DNA of 64,000 nt from the human T2T-CHM13v2.0 reference genome, Homo sapiens, in contig CP068257.2 of the NCBI GenBank assembly GCA_009914755.4, positions 960,001-1,024,000 on the forward strand, written 5' to 3'. The position numbers and the translations under genes are program-made. The notes beneath the pieces were generated by a model. That model worked only from the letters and a program-made list of their open reading frames with translations, did not search any database and had not been told where the DNA came from. Each line of letters opens with the position of its first letter. The first letter of the stretch is position 1. This document shows positions 21,121-44,485 of this stretch, piece by piece.

Positions 21121-24100
21121 GCATGACACATCTCTGAACTGATCAACAAAGTGATGTAACAATTGTCTAGGCTCTGCCTACAGGGGCTTTGTGAAATATC
21201 TCTTCACTGATCACCCAGGTGATGGGACTTTTGTCTAGGCTCTGCCTATGTGGGCATTGTGACATATCTCTACACTGATCACCCAGGTGATGTAACTCTT
21301 GTGTTGGATCTGCCTATGGGGGCATTGTGACATATTTCTACACTGATCATCCAGGTGATGGGACTCTTGTCTAGGCTCTGTGTATGGGGGTTTTTGACAT
21401 GTCTCTGCACTGATCACACAGGTGATGTAACGCTTGACTAGGCTCTGCCTACGAGGCATAGTGACATATCACTGCATTGATCACCGAGGTGATGTAACTC
21501 TTCTCCAGGCTCTGACTATAGGGGGCCTTGTGACATATATCTGCACTGATCATCTAGGTGATGTAACTCTTGCTTATTCTCTGCCTGCAGAGGTATTGTG
21601 AAATATCTCTGCACTGATCACCCAGGTGACAGGACTCTTCTCTAGGCTGTGCCTCCTGTGGGCATTCTCACATATATCTGCACTGATCACCCAGGTGACA
21701 CACTCTTTTCCTGGATTTGCCTATGGGGTCATTGTGACATATCTCTGCAGTGATCACCCAGGTGATTTAACTCTGGTCTCAGCTCTGCCTAAAGGGGTAT
21801 TGTGACAGATTTCTGCACTGATCATTCAGGTGATGTAAGTATTGTCTAGGCTCTGCTTAAAGGGGCATTGTCACATATCTCTGCACTGATCACCCAGGTG
21901 ATGTAACTCTTGTCTAGGCTCTGTTTACATTGGGTATTGTGAAATATCTCTGCACTGATCACCTAAGTGATGTAACACTTGTGTAGGCTCTGCCTACAGG
22001 GGCACTTTGACATACCTCTGCACTGTTAACCGAGGTGATGTGACTGTTGTCTAGGCTGTGCCCACAGTGGGATTGAGACATATCTCTGCGCTGATTCCGA
22101 GGTGATCCAACTATTGCCTGTTCTCTGCCTACTGGGGACATTGTGACATATCTCTGCACTGATCTCCCAGGTGCTGTAAATTTAGTCCAGGCTCTGGCTA
22201 CACGGCATTGTGACATATCTGCACTGATCACCCAGGTGATATAACTCTTGTCTAGGCTCTGCCTACAGGGGGCTTGTGACATATCCCTACACTGATCACC
22301 CAGGTGATATAACATTTGTGTAGCCTCTGCCTACAGGGGCTTGTGACATATCTCTACACCGATCACCCACGTGATATAACTCTTCTCTAGGATCTGCCTA
22401 CATTGTGCTTTGTGACATATCCATGCAGTGATGACCCAGGTGATATACCATTGTCAAGGCTCTGCCTACAGTGGCTTTGCGATTTATCTCTGCACTGATC
22501 ACCTAGGTCATGTAACTCTTGCCTAGGCTCTGCTTACAGTGGCATTGTGTCATATCTCTGCAATGATCACCCAGGTGATGTAACTATTTTCTGGGATCTG
22601 CCTACTGGGTGCTTTGTGACATATCCCTGCAATGATCACCCAGGTGATGTACCACTTGTCAAGGCTCTGCCTACAGGGACATTGCGATGTGTCTCTGCAC
22701 TGACCACCTAGGACATGTAACCCTTGTCTAGGCTCTGCCTACAGTGGCATTGTGACATATCTCTGCACTCATCATCCAAGTGATGTAACACTTGTCTTGG
22801 ATCTGCTTAAAGGGACTTTGCGACATAACTCTGCGCTGATCATCCAGGTGATGGGACTTTTGTCTAGGCTCTGCCTAAGGGGGCATTGTGACATATTTCT
22901 GCACTGTTCACACAGGTGACCGACTCTTGTCTTGGATCTGCCTATGGGGGCATTGTGACATATCTCTGCACTGGTCACCCAGGTGATGTAACTGTTGTAT
23001 AAGCTCTGCCTACAGGGGAATTGTGAGAGATCTCGCCACTGATTAACCAAGTGATTTAACTATTTTCTAGGCTTTGCCTACAGGGGGCTTTGTGACATAC
23101 CTTTGCACTGATAAGCCAGGTGATGTAACTCATCTAAGTTCTGCCTAAGGGAGCTTTGTGACATATCTCTGCACTGACCATGTAGGTGATGTAACACTTT
23201 TATAAGCACTGCCTGCAAGGAATTTTGACAAATCTCTGCCCTGATCACCTAGGTGATGTAAATCTTGTCTACCGTCTCCCCAAAGGGGCCATTGGGAAAT
23301 ATCTCTGCACTCATAACCCAGGTGATTCTACTCTTGTCTAGGATCTGCCTAAAGGGGGTATTGTGAAATTTCTCTGCACTGATCAACTAGGTGATGTAAC
23401 TCTTGTCTAGGCTCTGTCTACCGGGGCGTTTTCACATATCCCTGAACTGATGACAAAGGTGATGTAACTCTTGCCTAGGCTTTGCCTACAGGGGACATTG
23501 TGACATATCTCTGTACTGATGACCCAGGTGATGCAACTCTTCTCTATGCTCTGCCTACAGGGGACATTGTGACACATCTCTGAACTGATCACCCAGGTGA
23601 TGCAACTCTTCTCTATGCTCTGCCTACAGGGGGCATTGTGACATATCTCTACACCGATCACCCAGGTGATGTAACTCCTTTCTAGTCTCTGCCTACCTAG
23701 GGCGTTGTGACATCACTCTGCACGGATCACCCGGGTTATGTAACTCTTGTCTAAGCTAACCTATCAGGGCATTGTGAATTATCTCTGCACTGACCACCCA
23801 GGAGATGTGACTCTTGTCAATGCTCTGCCTAGAGAGACATTGGGACATATCTCTGCACTGATCACTGAGGTGATGTAAAATTTGTCTAGGCTTCGCCTAC
23901 AGTGGGATTTATGACATATCTCTGCACTGATCACCCAGGTGATGTAACTCTTGTCTGGGCTCTGCCTACAGGGGCATTTTCACATATCACTGCACTGATC
24001 ACCGAGATGATGTAACTGTTGTATAGGCTTCGCCGACAGGGGACTTTGAGACATATCTCTGCACTGATCACCCAGGTGCTGCAACTCTTTTCTGGGATCT

Positions 24101-26211
24101 GCTTACAGGGGACATTGTGACATATCTCTGTCCTGATCACCCAGGTGATGTAACTCTTGTCTAGGCTCTGCCTACTGGAGGCATTGTGACATATCTCCGC
24201 ACTGATCACCCAGGTGGTGTCATTTTTGTCAAGGATATGGCCAGAGGGACATTGTGACATGTCACTGCACTGATCACACAGCTGATGTAACCCTTGTCTA
24301 GGCTCTGGATACAGGGGGCTTGTGACACATTTCTGCACTGATCACCCAGGTGATGGAACCGTTGTCTAGGCTCTGCCAAAAGGGGTTATTGTGACATAAC
24401 TCTGCAGTGATCACCGAGGTGATTGGACGCTGGTCTAGGCTCTGCCTACAGGGGCATTGTGACATATCTCTGCAGTGATCACGCAGGTGATGTAACTCTT
24501 GTCTATATCTACCTACTGGTGGAGTTGTGGCATATTTCAGCACTGGTCACCCAGGTGATGGACTCTTGTCTTGGATCTGCCTATGGGGGTATAGTGACAT
24601 ATCTCTGCACTGATCACTCATGTGATGTAACGCTTGTCTAAGCTGCGTCTAAAGGGGAATTGTGACAGATATCTCCAGTGATCCCCCAGGTGATGTATCA
24701 ATTTTCTGGGATTTGTCTACAGGGGGCTTTGTGACATATCTTTGCACTGATCACCCAGGTGATGTAACTGTTGTCTAGGCTCCACCTACAGGGGATATTG
24801 TGACGTATCTCTGCACTGATCACCCAGGTGATGTAACATTTATCCAGCCTCTGCCTACAGGGGCGTTTTGGCGTATCTCTGCACAGATCACCTAGGCTAT
24901 GTAACTCTTATCCACTCTCTGCCTACACGGGTCATTGTGAAATATCTCTGCCCTGATCAACCAGGTGATGGTACTCTTCTCTATACACTGCCTAGAGGGG
25001 GATTTGTGACATATCTCTGCACTGATCACCCAGGTGATGGAATTCTTGTCTAGGCTCTGTCTATGAGGGCATTTTGTCAAATATCTGCACTGATCACCCA
25101 GGTGATGTAACTATTCTCTAGGCTCTGTCTACAGGGATTTTAATGACATATCACTGCACTGATCACCTAGGTGGTGTAAGCCTTGTATGGGCTTTGCATA
25201 CAGAAGGCTTTGTGACATAGTCTATGCACTGATCTCTGAGGTGATGCTACTCTTGTCTAGGCACTGCCTACAGGGGTCATTGATATATATCTCTGCACTG
25301 ATCACCCAGGTGATGGACTCTTGTCTTAGATCTGCCTACATGTATATTCTGACACATATCTGAACTGATCAACCAAGTGATGAAACACTTGTCTAGTCTC
25401 TGCCTTCAGGGGCTTTGTGACACATCTCTTCACTGATAACCCTGGGGAGGGAACTCTTGTCTACACTCTGCCTACAGGAGGCTTTATGACTTTTACCTGC
25501 ACTGATAACCCAGGTGATGTAACACTTGTCTAGGCTCTGCTACAAGGGAATTCTCACATATCTCTGCACTGATCACCCAGGTGATGTAACTCCTGTCTAG
25601 GTTCAGCTACAGGAGCGTTTTGACATATCTCTGCACTGATCACCGAGGTGATGTAACCCTTGTCTAACCTCTGCCTAAAGGAGCATTGAGACAGATCTCT
25701 CCACTGCTCACCCAGGTGTTGTAACTATTGTCTGGGCTTTGCCTACAGGGGGCTTTGTGATATACATTTCCACTGATCAAACAGGTGATGTAACCCTTGT
25801 CAAGGTTCTGCTTACAGGGGCTTTGTGACATATCTCTTCCCTGATCACCCCAGGGAGGAAACACTTGTCTACACTCCGCCTACAGGAGGCTTTACAAACT
25901 ATCCCTGCACTGATCACTAGGAGATGTAACATTTCTAGGCTCTGTCTACACGGGAATTTTCACATATCTCTGCACTGATCACCTAAGTGATGTAACCCTT
26001 GTGTTGGTTGAGCCTACTGGGGATTTCTGACATACCTCTGCACTGATCACCGAAGTGATGTAAATCATTTCCAGGCTTTTTGTACAGGGGACATTGTGAT
26101 ATATCTCTGCACTTATCACCCAAATAATGCAAATCTTCTCTAGGCTCCACAGGGAGGGGGCATTGTGACATATTTCTGAACTTATCATCCAGGAGATGTA
26201 GCTCTTCTCCA
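21121..26211 (+). repeat. Beta-satellite array (forward)
   Basis: 68-bp periodicity. Confidence 0.85.
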
Positions 26212-28950
<2,739 letters not shown>

Positions 28951-31900
28951 CATGACACATCTTTGAACTGATCAACAAAGTGAGGTAACACTTGTCTAGG
29001 CTCTGCCTACAGGGGCTTTGTGACATATCTCTGCACTGATCACCCACGTGGTGGGACTTTTGTCTAGGCTCTGCCTATGGGGGCATTGTGACATATCTCT
29101 ACACTGATCACCCAGGTGATGTAACTCTTGTGTTGGATATGTCTGTGGGGGCATTGCGACATATTTCTGCACTGATCACCCAGGTGATGGGACTCTTGTC
29201 TAGGCTCTGTGTATGGGGGCTTTGTGACATATCTCTGCACTGATCACCCAGGTGATGTAACGCTTGATTAGGCTCTGCCTACGGGGCATAGTGACATATC
29301 ACTGAATTGATAATCGAGGTGATGTAACTCTTGTCCAGGCTCTGCCTATAGGGGGTCTTGTGACATATCTCTGCACTGATCACGTAGGTGATGTAACTCT
29401 TGCTTACGCTCTCCCTGCAGGGGCATTGTGAAATATCTCTGCACTGATCACCCAGGTGATGGGACTCTTCTCTAGGCTCTGCTTACTGGGGGAATTGTCA
29501 CATATGTCTGCACTGATAACCCAGGTGACGGACTCCTGTCTTTGATTTGCCTATGGGGGCATTGTGACATATCTCTGCACTGATCACCCAGGTGATGTCA
29601 CTCTGGTCTAAGCTCTGCCTAAAGGAGCATTGTGACAGTTCTCTGCACTGATCACTCAGGTGATGTCACTATTGTCTAGGCTCTGCTTAAAAGAGCCTTG
29701 TCACATATGTCTGCACAGATCATCCAGGTGATGTAACTCTTGTCTAGGCTCTTCTTACAGGGGGTATAGTGACAAATCTCTGCACTGATCACCTAAGTGT
29801 TGTAACACTTGTGTAGGCTCTGCCAACAGGGGGATTTTGACATATCTCTGCACTGTTAACCGAGGTGACGTAACTCTTGTCGAGGCTGTGCCCACAGGGG
29901 GATTGAGACATATCTCTGCACTGATGCCGGGGTGTTCTAACTCTTGCCTGGTCTCTGCCTACTGGGGTTACTGTGACATATCTCTGCACCAATCTCCCGG
30001 GTGCTGTAACTTTAATCTAGGCTCTGGTTACACGGAATTGTGACATATCACTGCACCCAAGTGATATAACTCTTGTCTAGGCTCTGTCTACATTGTTCTC
30101 GTGAGATATCTCTGCCCTGATCACCCAGGTGACATAACTCTTCTCTAGGATCTGCCTACAGGGTTCTATGTGACATATCCCTGCAATGATCACCCAGGTG
30201 ATATACCACTTGTCAAGGCTCTGCCAACAGGGGCATTGCGACACATCTCTGCACTGATCACCCAGGTAGTGTAACTGTTGTATAAGCTCTGCCTACAGCG
30301 GAATTGTGAGAGATCTCGCCACTGATCACCCAAGTGATGTAACAATTTTCTAGGCTTTGCCTATAATGGACTTTGTGACATACATTTGCACTGATCACCC
30401 AGGTGATGTAACTCATCTAAGTTCTGCCTACAGGAGCTTTGTGACATATCTCTGCACTGATCACTTAGGGTATGTAACAGTTTAATAAGCACTGCCTACA
30501 GGGAAATTGGACAAATCTCTGCACTGATCACCTAGGTGATGTAACTCTTGTCTACCCTCTGCCCAAAGGGGGCATTGTGAAATATCTCTGCAATGATCAC
30601 CCAGGTGATTCTACTCTTGTCTAGGATCTGCCCACAGGGGGTATTGTGAAATATGTCTACACTGATCAACTAGGTGATATAACTCCTGTCTAGGCTCTGC
30701 CTACAGGGGCGTTTTCACATATCCCTGAACTGATGACAAAGGTGATGTAACTCTGGCCTAGGCTTTGCCTACAGGGGACATTGTGACATATCCCTGCACT
30801 GATCACCCAGGTGATGCAACGCTTCTCTATGCTCTGCCTACAGCGGACATTGTGACATATCTCTGCACTGATCACCCAGTTGATGCAACTCTTCTCTATG
30901 CTCTGCCTACAGGGGGCATTGTGACATATTTCTGCACTGATCAACCAGGTGATGTAACTCTTTTCTAGTCTCTGCCGACAGAGGGCGTTGTGACATCACT
31001 CTGCACGGATCACACGGTTTATGTAAATCTTGACTAGGCTCTGCCTACGGGGGCATTTTCACATATCACTGCACTGATCACCGAGATGATGTAACTCTTG
31101 TATAGGCTTCGCCGACAGGGGGCATTGAGACATATCTCTGCACTAATCACCGAGGTGATGCAACTGTTGTCTGGGATCTGCTTACAGGCGGCATTGTGAC
31201 ATATCTCTGCCCTGATCACCCAGGTGATGTAACTCTTGTCTAGGCTCTGCCTACTGGAGACATTGTGACATATCTCCGCACTGATCACCCAGTTGATGTC
31301 ACTATTGTCAAGGATATGGCTATAGAGACATTGTGACATGTCACTGCACTGATCACAGAGCTGATGTAACTCTTGTCTAGGCTCTGGCAACAGGGGGCTA
31401 GTGACACATCTCTGCACTGATCACACAGGTGATGTAACTCTGTTCTAAGCTCTGCCTAAAGGGGCATTGTGACAGATCTCTGCACTGAGCACTCAGGTGG
31501 TGTAACTATTGTCTAGGCTCTGCTTAAAGGGGCCTTGTCACATATCTCTGCACTGATCACCCAGGTGATGTAACTCTTGTCTAGGCTCTGCTTACAGGGG
31601 GTATTGTGACATAACCCTGCACTGATCACCTAAGTGATGTAACACTTATGTAGTCTCTGCCTACAGTGGCATTTTGACATATCTCTGCACTGTTAACCGA
31701 GGTGATGAAACTCGTGTCTAGTCTGTGCCCACAGGGGGATTGGGACATATCTCTGCACTGATCCCGAGGTGATCCAACTCTTGCCTGGTCTCTGCCTACT
31801 GGGGACATTGTGACATACCTCTGCTCTGATCACCCAGGTGCTGTAACTTTAGTGTAGGCTCTGGCTACACGGCATTGTGACATATCACTGCACTGATTAC

Positions 31901-34310
31901 CCAGGTGATATAACTCTTGTCTAGGCTCTGCCTACAGGGGGCTTGTGACATATCTCTGCACTGATCACCCAGGTGATATAACTCTTCTCTAGGATCTGCC
32001 TACAGGGTGTTTTGTGAACTATCCCTGCAATGGTCACCCAGGTGATGTACCACTTGTCAACGCTCTGCCTACAGGGGCATTGCGAGATATGTCTGCACTG
32101 ATCACCTAGGTCAAGTAACTCTTTTATAAGCTCTGCCAACAGTGGCATTCTGACATATCTCTGCACTGATCACCCAGGTGACGTAACTCTTTTCTAGGAT
32201 CTGCTTACAGGGTGCTTGGTGACATATCCCTGCAATGATCACCCAGGTGATGTACCACTTGTCAAGGCTCTGCCTACAGGGACATTGCGTTTTATCTCTG
32301 CACTGATCACCTAGGTCATGTAACTCTTTTCTAGGCTCTGCCTATAGTGGCATTGTGACATATCTCTGCCCTGATCATCCAAGTGATGTAACTATTGTCT
32401 AGGATCTGCCTAAAGGGACTTTGTGACATAACTCTGCACTGATCATCCAGGTGATGGGGCTTTTGTCTAGGCTCTCCTAAGGAGGCATTGTGACATATTT
32501 TTGCACTGATCACCCAGGTGATGGACTCCTGTCTTGGATCTGCCTATGGGGGCATTGTGACATATCTCTGCACTGATCACACAGGTGATGTAACTGTTGT
32601 ATAAGCTCTGCCTACAGGAGAATTGTGAGAGATCTCCCCACTTATCACTCAATTGATGTAACTATTGTCTAGGGTTTGCCTAAAGGGGGCTTTGTGACAT
32701 ACCTTTTCACTGGTCACCCAGGTGATGTAACTCATCTAAGTTCTGCCTACAGAAGCTTTCTGAGATATCGCTGCACTGATCACTTAGGTGATGTAACACT
32801 TTTATAAGCACTGCCTACAGGGAATTTTGACAAATCTCTGCACTGATAACGTAGGTGATGTAACTCTTTTCTAGGATCTGCCTACAGGGTGCTTTGTGAC
32901 ATATCCCTGCAATGATCACCCAGGTGATGTACCACTTCTCAAGGCTCTGCCTACAGGGACATTGCGAAGTATCTCTGCACTGATCTCCGAGGTCATGTAA
33001 CTCTTGTCCACTCTCTGCCTATAGGGGGCATTGTGAAATATCTCTGCACTGATCACCCAGGTGTTGGGACTCTTCTCTATACTCTGCCTATAGGGGAATT
33101 TGTGACATACCTCTGCACTCATCACCCACGTGATGGAAGACTTGTCTGGTCTCTGTCTATGGTGGCATTGTGTCAAATATCTGCACTGATCACCCAGGTG
33201 ATTTAACTCTTGTCTAGGCTCTGTCTACAGGGATTTGTGTGACATATCACTGCACTGATCACCTAGATGATGTAAGCCTTGTTTAGGTTTGCCTACAGAA
33301 GGCTTTGTGACATATCTATGCACTGATCTCTGAGGTGATGCTACTCTTGTCTAGGCACTGCCTACAGGGGACATTGGTACATATCTCTGCACTGATCACC
33401 CAGGTGATGGACACTTGTCTTAGATCTGCCTACATGGACATTGTGACACATCTCTGAACTGATCAACCAAGTGATGAAATTCTTGTCTAGGCTCTGCCTT
33501 CAGGGCCTTTGTGACACATCTCTGCACTGATCACCCTGGGGAGGGAACTCTTGTCTACGCTCTGCCTACAGGAGGCTTTATGACTTTTACCTGCACTGAT
33601 AACCCAGGTGATGTAACACTTGTCTAGGCTCTGCCTACACGGGAATTCTCACATATCTCTGTACTGATCACCCGGGTGATGTAATTCCTTTCTAGGTTCA
33701 GCCTACAGGAGCGTTTTGACATATCTCTGCACTGATCACCCAGATGATGTAACCCTTGTCTAAGCTCTGCCTACAGGGGCATTGTGACAGATCTCTCCAC
33801 TGCTCACCCAGGTGATGTAACAATTGTCTGGGCTTTGCCTACAGGGGGCTTTGTGATATACATTTCCACTGATCAAACAGGTGATGTAACCCTTGTCAAG
33901 GTTCTGCTTACAGGGGCTTTGTGACATATCTCTACACTGATCACCCCAGGGAGGAAACACTTGTCTACTCTATGTCTACAGGAGACTTTACGACTTATCC
34001 CTGCACTGATCACTAGGTGATGTAACACTTGTCTAGGATCTGTCTGCACGGGAATTTTCACATATCGCTACATTGATCACCTAAGTGATGTAACCCTTGT
34101 TTACGTTCAGCCTACTGGGGATTTCTGACATAACTATGCACTGATCAACGAGTTGATGTATATCATTTCCAGGCTTTTGGTACAGGGGACATTGTGATGT
34201 ATCTCTGCACTGATCACCCAAATGATGCAAACCTTCTCTAGGCTCCGCACGGAGGAGGCATTGTGACATATTTCTGTACTGATCATCCAGGAGATTTAAC
34301 TATTCTCCAG
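28951..34310 (+). repeat. Beta-satellite array (forward)
   Basis: 68-bp periodicity. Confidence 0.85.
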
Positions 34311-37090
<2,780 letters not shown>

Positions 37091-40000
37091 TGAAACATCT
37101 CTGAACGGATCAACAAAGTGATGTAAGTCTTGTCTAGACTCTGCCTACAGGGGCTTTGTGATGTATCTCTGCACTGATCACCCAGGTGATGGGACACTTG
37201 TCTAGGCTCTGCCTATGACGGCATTGTGACATATCTCTACACTGACCACCAAGGTGATGTGAGTCTTTTGTTGGATCTGCCTCTGGGGGCATTGTGATAT
37301 ATTTCTGCACTGATCATCCAGGTGATGGGACTCTAGTCTAGGCTGGGTGTATGGGGCTTTGTGACATACCTTTGCACGGACCACCCAGGTGATGTAACTC
37401 ATCTAAGTTCTGCCTACAGGAGCTTTGTGACATATCTCTGCACTGATCACTTAGGTGATGTAACACTTTTATAAGCACTGCCTACAGGGAATTTTGACAA
37501 ATCTCTGCACTGATCACCTAGGTGATGTAACTCTTGTCCGCCCTCTGCCCAAAGGGGCATTGTGAAATATCTCTTAACTGATCACTCAGGTGATTCAACT
37601 CCTGTGTAGGATCTGCCTACAGCAGCGTTTTCACATATCCCTGAAATGATGACAAAGGTGATGTAACTCTTGCCTAGGCTTTGCCTACAGGGCACATTGT
37701 GACATATCTCTGCACTGATCACCCAGGTGATGCAATTCTTCTCTATGCTCTGCCTACAGGGGACATTGTGACATATCACTTCACTGATCACCCAGGTGAT
37801 GCAGCTCTTCTCTATGCTCTGCCTCCAGGGGTCATTGTGATATACCTCTTCACTGATCACCCAGGTGATGTAACTCTTGTCTAGGTTCTGCTTACAAGGG
37901 GTATTGTGACATATCTCTGCACTGATCACCTAAGTGATGTAACACTTGTGTAGGCTATGCCTACAGGGGCATTTAGACATATCTCTGCACTGTTAACCGA
38001 GGTGATGTAACTCTTGTCTAGGCTGTGCCCACAGGGTGATTGAGACATATCTCTGCACTGATCCCGAGGTTATCCAACTCTTGCTTGGTCTCTGCCTACT
38101 GGGGATATTGTGACATATCTCTGCACTGATCTCCCAGGTGCAGTAACTTTATTCTAGGCTCTGGCTACACTGCATTGTGACATATCACTGCACTGATCAT
38201 CCAAGTGATATAACTCTTGTCTAGTCTCTGCATACAGGATTCTTGTGACATATCTCTGCACTGATCACCCAGGTGATGTAACTGTTGTATAAGCCCTGCC
38301 TACAGGGGAATTATGAGAGATCTCGCCACTGATCACCGAAGTGATGTAACTATCGTCAAGGCTTTGCCTACAGGGGGCTTTGTGACATACCTTTGCACTG
38401 ATCACCCAGGTGATGTAGCTCATCTAAGTTCTGCCTACAGGAGCTTTGTGACATATCTCTGCACTGATCCCTTAGGTGATGTAATATTTTTATAAGCACT
38501 GCTACCGGGAATTTTGAAAAATCTCTGCACAGAACACCTAGGTGATGTAACTCTTGTCTACCCTCTGCCCAAAGGGGGCATTGTGAAATATCTCTGCACT
38601 GATCCACTAGGTGATGTAACTAGTGTCTATGCTCTGCCTACAGGGGCGTTTTCACATATCCCTGAACTGATGACAAAGGTGATGTAACTCTTGCCTAGGT
38701 TTTGCCTACAGGGCAAATTGTGACATATCTCTGCACTGATAACCCAGGTGATGCAACTCTTGTCTAGGATCTGCCTACAGCAGAATTTTCACATATCCCT
38801 GAACTGATGACAAAGGTGATGGAACTCTTGCCTAGGCTTTGCCTACAGGGGAAATTGTGACATATCTCTGCACTGATAACCCAGGTGATGCAACTCTTCT
38901 CTATGCTCTGCCTACAGGGGACATTGTGACATATCTCTGCACTGATAACCCAGGTGATGTAACTCTTGTCTAGGCTCTGATTACAGGGGGTATTGGGACA
39001 TATCTCTGCACTGATCACCTAAGTGATGTAACACTTGTGTAGGCTATGCCTACAGGGGCATTTTGACATATCTCTGCACTGTTAACCGAGGTGATGTAAC
39101 TCTTCTCAAGGCTGTCCCCACAGTGGGATTGAGACATATCTCTGCACTGATCCCGAGGTGATCCAACTCTTGCCTGGTCTCTGCCTACTGGGGACATTGT
39201 GACATATCTCTGCACTGATCTCCCAGGTGCAGTAACTTTAGTCTAGGCACTGGCTACATGGCATTGTGACATATCACTGCACTGATCACCCAGGTGTTAT
39301 AACTCTTGCCTAAGCTCTGCCTACAGGGTTCCTGTGACATATCTCTGCACTGATCATCCAGGTGATATAACTCTTCTTTAGGATCTGCCTACAGGGTGCT
39401 TTATGACATATCCCTGCAAAGATCACCCAGGTGATATACCCCTTGTCAAGGCTCTGCCTACAGGGGCATTGCGATGTATCTCTGCACTGATCACCTAGGT
39501 CATGTAACTCTTGTCTAGGCTCTGCCTACAGTGGCATTGTGACATATCTCTTCACTGATTACCCACGAGATGTAACTCTTTTCTAGGATCTGCCTACAGG
39601 GTGCTTGGTGACATATCCCTGCAATGATCAACCAGGTGATGTACCACTTGTCAAGGATCTGCCTACAGGGACATTGCAATGTATCTCTGCACTGATCACC
39701 TAGGTCCTGTAACTCTTTTCTAGGCTCTGCCTACAGTGGCATTGTGACATATCTCTGCACTGATCATCCAAGTGATGTAACTCTTGTCTAGGATCTGCCT
39801 AAAGGGACTTTGTGACATAACTCTGCACTGATCATCCAAGTGATGGGGCTTTTGTCTAGGCTCTGCCTAAGGGGGCATTGTGACATATTTCTGAACTGAT
39901 CAACCAGGTGACGGACTCTTGTCTTGGATCTGCCTATGGGGGCATTGTGACATATCTCTGCACTGATCACCCAGGTGATGCAAGTGTTGTATAAGCTGTG

Positions 40001-41704
40001 CCTACAGGGAAATTGTGAGAGATCTCTCCACTGACCATCCAAGTGATGTAACTATTGTCTAGGCTTTGCCTACATGGGGCTTTGTGACATACCTTTGAAC
40101 TGATCACACAGGTGATATAACTCATCTAAGTTCTGCCTACAGGAGTTTTGTGATATATCTCTGCACTGATCACCCAGGTGATGTAACTTTTGTCTAGGCT
40201 CCACCTACAAGGAGTATTGTGACGTATCTCTGCACTGATCACTCATGTGATGTAACTGTTGTCTAGGCTCCACCTACAGGGTGTATTGTGGCGTATCTCT
40301 GCAGTGATCGCGCTGGTGATGTAACATTTATCCAGGTGCTGCCTACTGGGGAGCTTTGACATAGCTCTGCACAGATCACCTAGGTTATGTAACCCTTGTC
40401 GACTCTCTGCCTACAGGGGGCATTGTGAAATATCTTTGCACTGATCACCCGTGTGATGGGACTCTTCTCTATACTCTGCCTATAGGGGGATTTGTGACAT
40501 ATCTGTGCACTGATCACCCAGGTGATGGAAGTCTTGTCTAGGCTCTGTCTATGGGAGCATTATGTCAAATATCTGCACTGATCACCCAGGTGATGTAACT
40601 CTTGTCTAGGCTCTGTCTACAGGGATTTTTGTGACATATCACTGCACTGATCACCTAGGTGGTGTAAGCCTTGTATGGGCGTTGCCTACAGAAGGCTTTG
40701 TGGCATATCTATGCTCTGATCTGTGAGGTGATGCATCTCATGCCTAGGCACTGCCTACAGGGGACATTGGTACATATCTCTGCACTGATCACCCAGGTGA
40801 TGGACCCTTGACTTAGATCTGCCTACATGGACATTGTGACACATCTCTGAACTGATCAACCATGTGATGAAACTCTTGTCTAGGATCTGACTACAGGGAC
40901 TTTGTGACACATCTCTGCACTGATCACTCTGGGGAGGGAACTCTTTTCTATGCTCTGCCTTCAGGAGGCTTTACGACTTATAACTGCACTGATAACCTAG
41001 GTGATGTAATACTTGTCTAGACTCTGCCTACACTGGAATTCTCACATATCTCTGCAATGATCACCCAGTTGATGTAACTCCTGTCTAGGTTCAGCCTACA
41101 GGAGCGTTTTGACATATGTCTGCACTGATCACCCAGGTGATGTAACCCTTGTCTAAGCTGTGCCTACAGGGGCATTGTGACAGATCTCTCCACTGCTCAC
41201 CCAGGTGATGTAACAATTATCTTGGCTTTGCCTACAGGGGGCTTTCTGATATACATTTCCACTGATGAAACAGGTGATGTAACCTTTGTCAAAGTTCTGC
41301 TTACAGGGGCTTTGTGACATATCTCTGTACTGATCACCCCAGGGTGGAACCACTTTTCTGCACTCCGCCTACAGGAGGCTTTACGACTTATCCCTGCACT
41401 GATCACTAGGTGATGTAATACTTGTCTAAGCTCTGTCTACAAGGGAATTTTCACATATCTCTATACTGATCACCTAAGTGATGTAACCCTTGTCTAGGTT
41501 CAGCCTACTGGGGATTTCTGACATACCTATGCACTGATCACTGAGGTGATGTAAATCATTTCCAGGCTTTCTGTACGGGGGACATTGTGATATATCTCTG
41601 CACTTATCACCCAAATGATGCAAATGTTTTCTAGACTCCACAGGGAGAGGGCATTGTGACATATTTCTGAACGGATCATCTAGGAAGATGTAACTATTCT
41701 CCAG
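37091..41704 (+). repeat. Beta-satellite array (forward)
   Basis: 68-bp periodicity. Confidence 0.85.
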
Positions 41705-44485
<2,781 letters not shown>
